The notes under the pieces: model-generated | What the model was told of the DNA's origin: nothing | The model's input: only the letters and a program-made list of their open reading frames with translations | Databases searched by the model: none | Shown: piece by piece, positions 63,401 through 64,000 of the stretch | Layout of the letters: the number at the start of each line of letters is the position of its first letter | Position numbering within the stretch: position 1 is the first letter of the stretch | Program-made: the position numbers and the translations under genes | NCBI GenBank assembly: GCA_046563655.1 | Contig: CM102290.1 | Location: 434,001 to 498,000 of the forward strand | Source of the DNA: Yuukianura sp. NJ FZ-2021 | Taxonomy: Eukaryota | Length of the DNA stretch: 64,000 nucleotides | Direction: 5' to 3'

Positions 63401-64000
63401 GTTTTCGGGTGAGAACACTCACAAATTCAGCGTCTCCGATCATCTCCATGTATTTCATTAAAACTCTAACAGCTGATAGCACTACGGCAGCGTTTGCATG
63501 AGCCAACCGCGGTGTGATTCGTTCACAGATACTGGAAAGACGAGAAATCAAGGAATTGAGATCAGTTTCAAACAAGTTACTAAATAAAAAGTTAAACCAA
63601 TTACCTTTGTGCTTCCCGCTCATCTTTGGGGTTGTAGTTGGACAAAGAGTCCAGAATGAAAACTTGTCCCCACTCGGTACATTCGTTCAAAGCAGTCAAT
63701 AGTTTATTGACTGTTGGTGCATTCATCTCCACAAGTGGTACTCCAGTTGGACTGGACTCATTCACTTCTGAGAGAGCTGCAACTGCATTGGCAACGACCT
63801 GGAAGCCATAAAATATCACTACCAACCTTGTACTTGTCGCTTCGTTAAAATTATTTCGGACTTACCATAGGATTAGAATCACTGAGCAAGTCCTTCAGCT
63901 GATCCAAGAATCCTTGGTCCTCCACTAGCTGAGCATTGATATCATACAGCTTGGCAACACAAACGGCAGCAGTTTTTCTGACATATGGATCTTCGTCCTT
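60417..64000 (-). CDS. AP-1/AP-2 complex beta subunit (beta-adaptin); 5' part lies outside the window
   Basis: [63 protein letters not shown], ear domain [11 protein letters not shown] and MLYQS; stop at 60417. Confidence 0.97.
61089..61303. mobile_element. MITE-like insertion with internal tandem repeat in a beta-adaptin intron
   Basis: Imperfect ends cagtattcgaaaatg / catttatgagcactt, two ~50-nt internal repeats (ggcaatactact...cagtgggaaaaac(c/t)gggaaat) and flanks cataacat/tgtaacat (6/8). Confidence 0.55.
62096..62162. repeat. 21-nt intronic tandem repeat, three copies
   Basis: aaaa(c/g)tgaaatttt(ga/cg)aactta three times. Confidence 0.85.

Overview
This is eukaryotic nuclear DNA from a compact-genome invertebrate, probably an arthropod (AT-rich, GT-AG introns mostly about 50-110 nt). 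Bases 1-14 kb are gene-poor and hold minisatellites, MITEs and C/G tracts. Bases 14-64 kb are gene-dense, in order: orphan secreted protein (-), Sobp-like FCS zinc-finger gene (+), UBE2J1 (-), PPT1 (+), an intronless 206-aa tandem-repeat ORF (-), calnexin (+), lipoyl synthase (-), C6orf89-like (+), CTTNBP2NL-like (-), ORP5/8-like (+), ATOX1 (-), REXO1 (+), HS6ST (-), ACADS (+), class I PITP (-) and AP-1/2 beta adaptin (-, 5'-truncated). Four observations stand out. (1) Lipoyl synthase splices in frame behind a BCKDH-E2-type lipoyl domain whose acceptor lysine is replaced by Asp. (2) The intronless ORF looks like two tandem, circularly permuted GIY-YIG-like domains. (3) Calnexin has a duplicated alternative transmembrane exon. 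(4) Perfect AGGTCAAAGGTCA (DR1) elements are strongly over-represented. Gene models were built by hand from splice signals and phase. Homology calls come from remembered motifs, not database searches.
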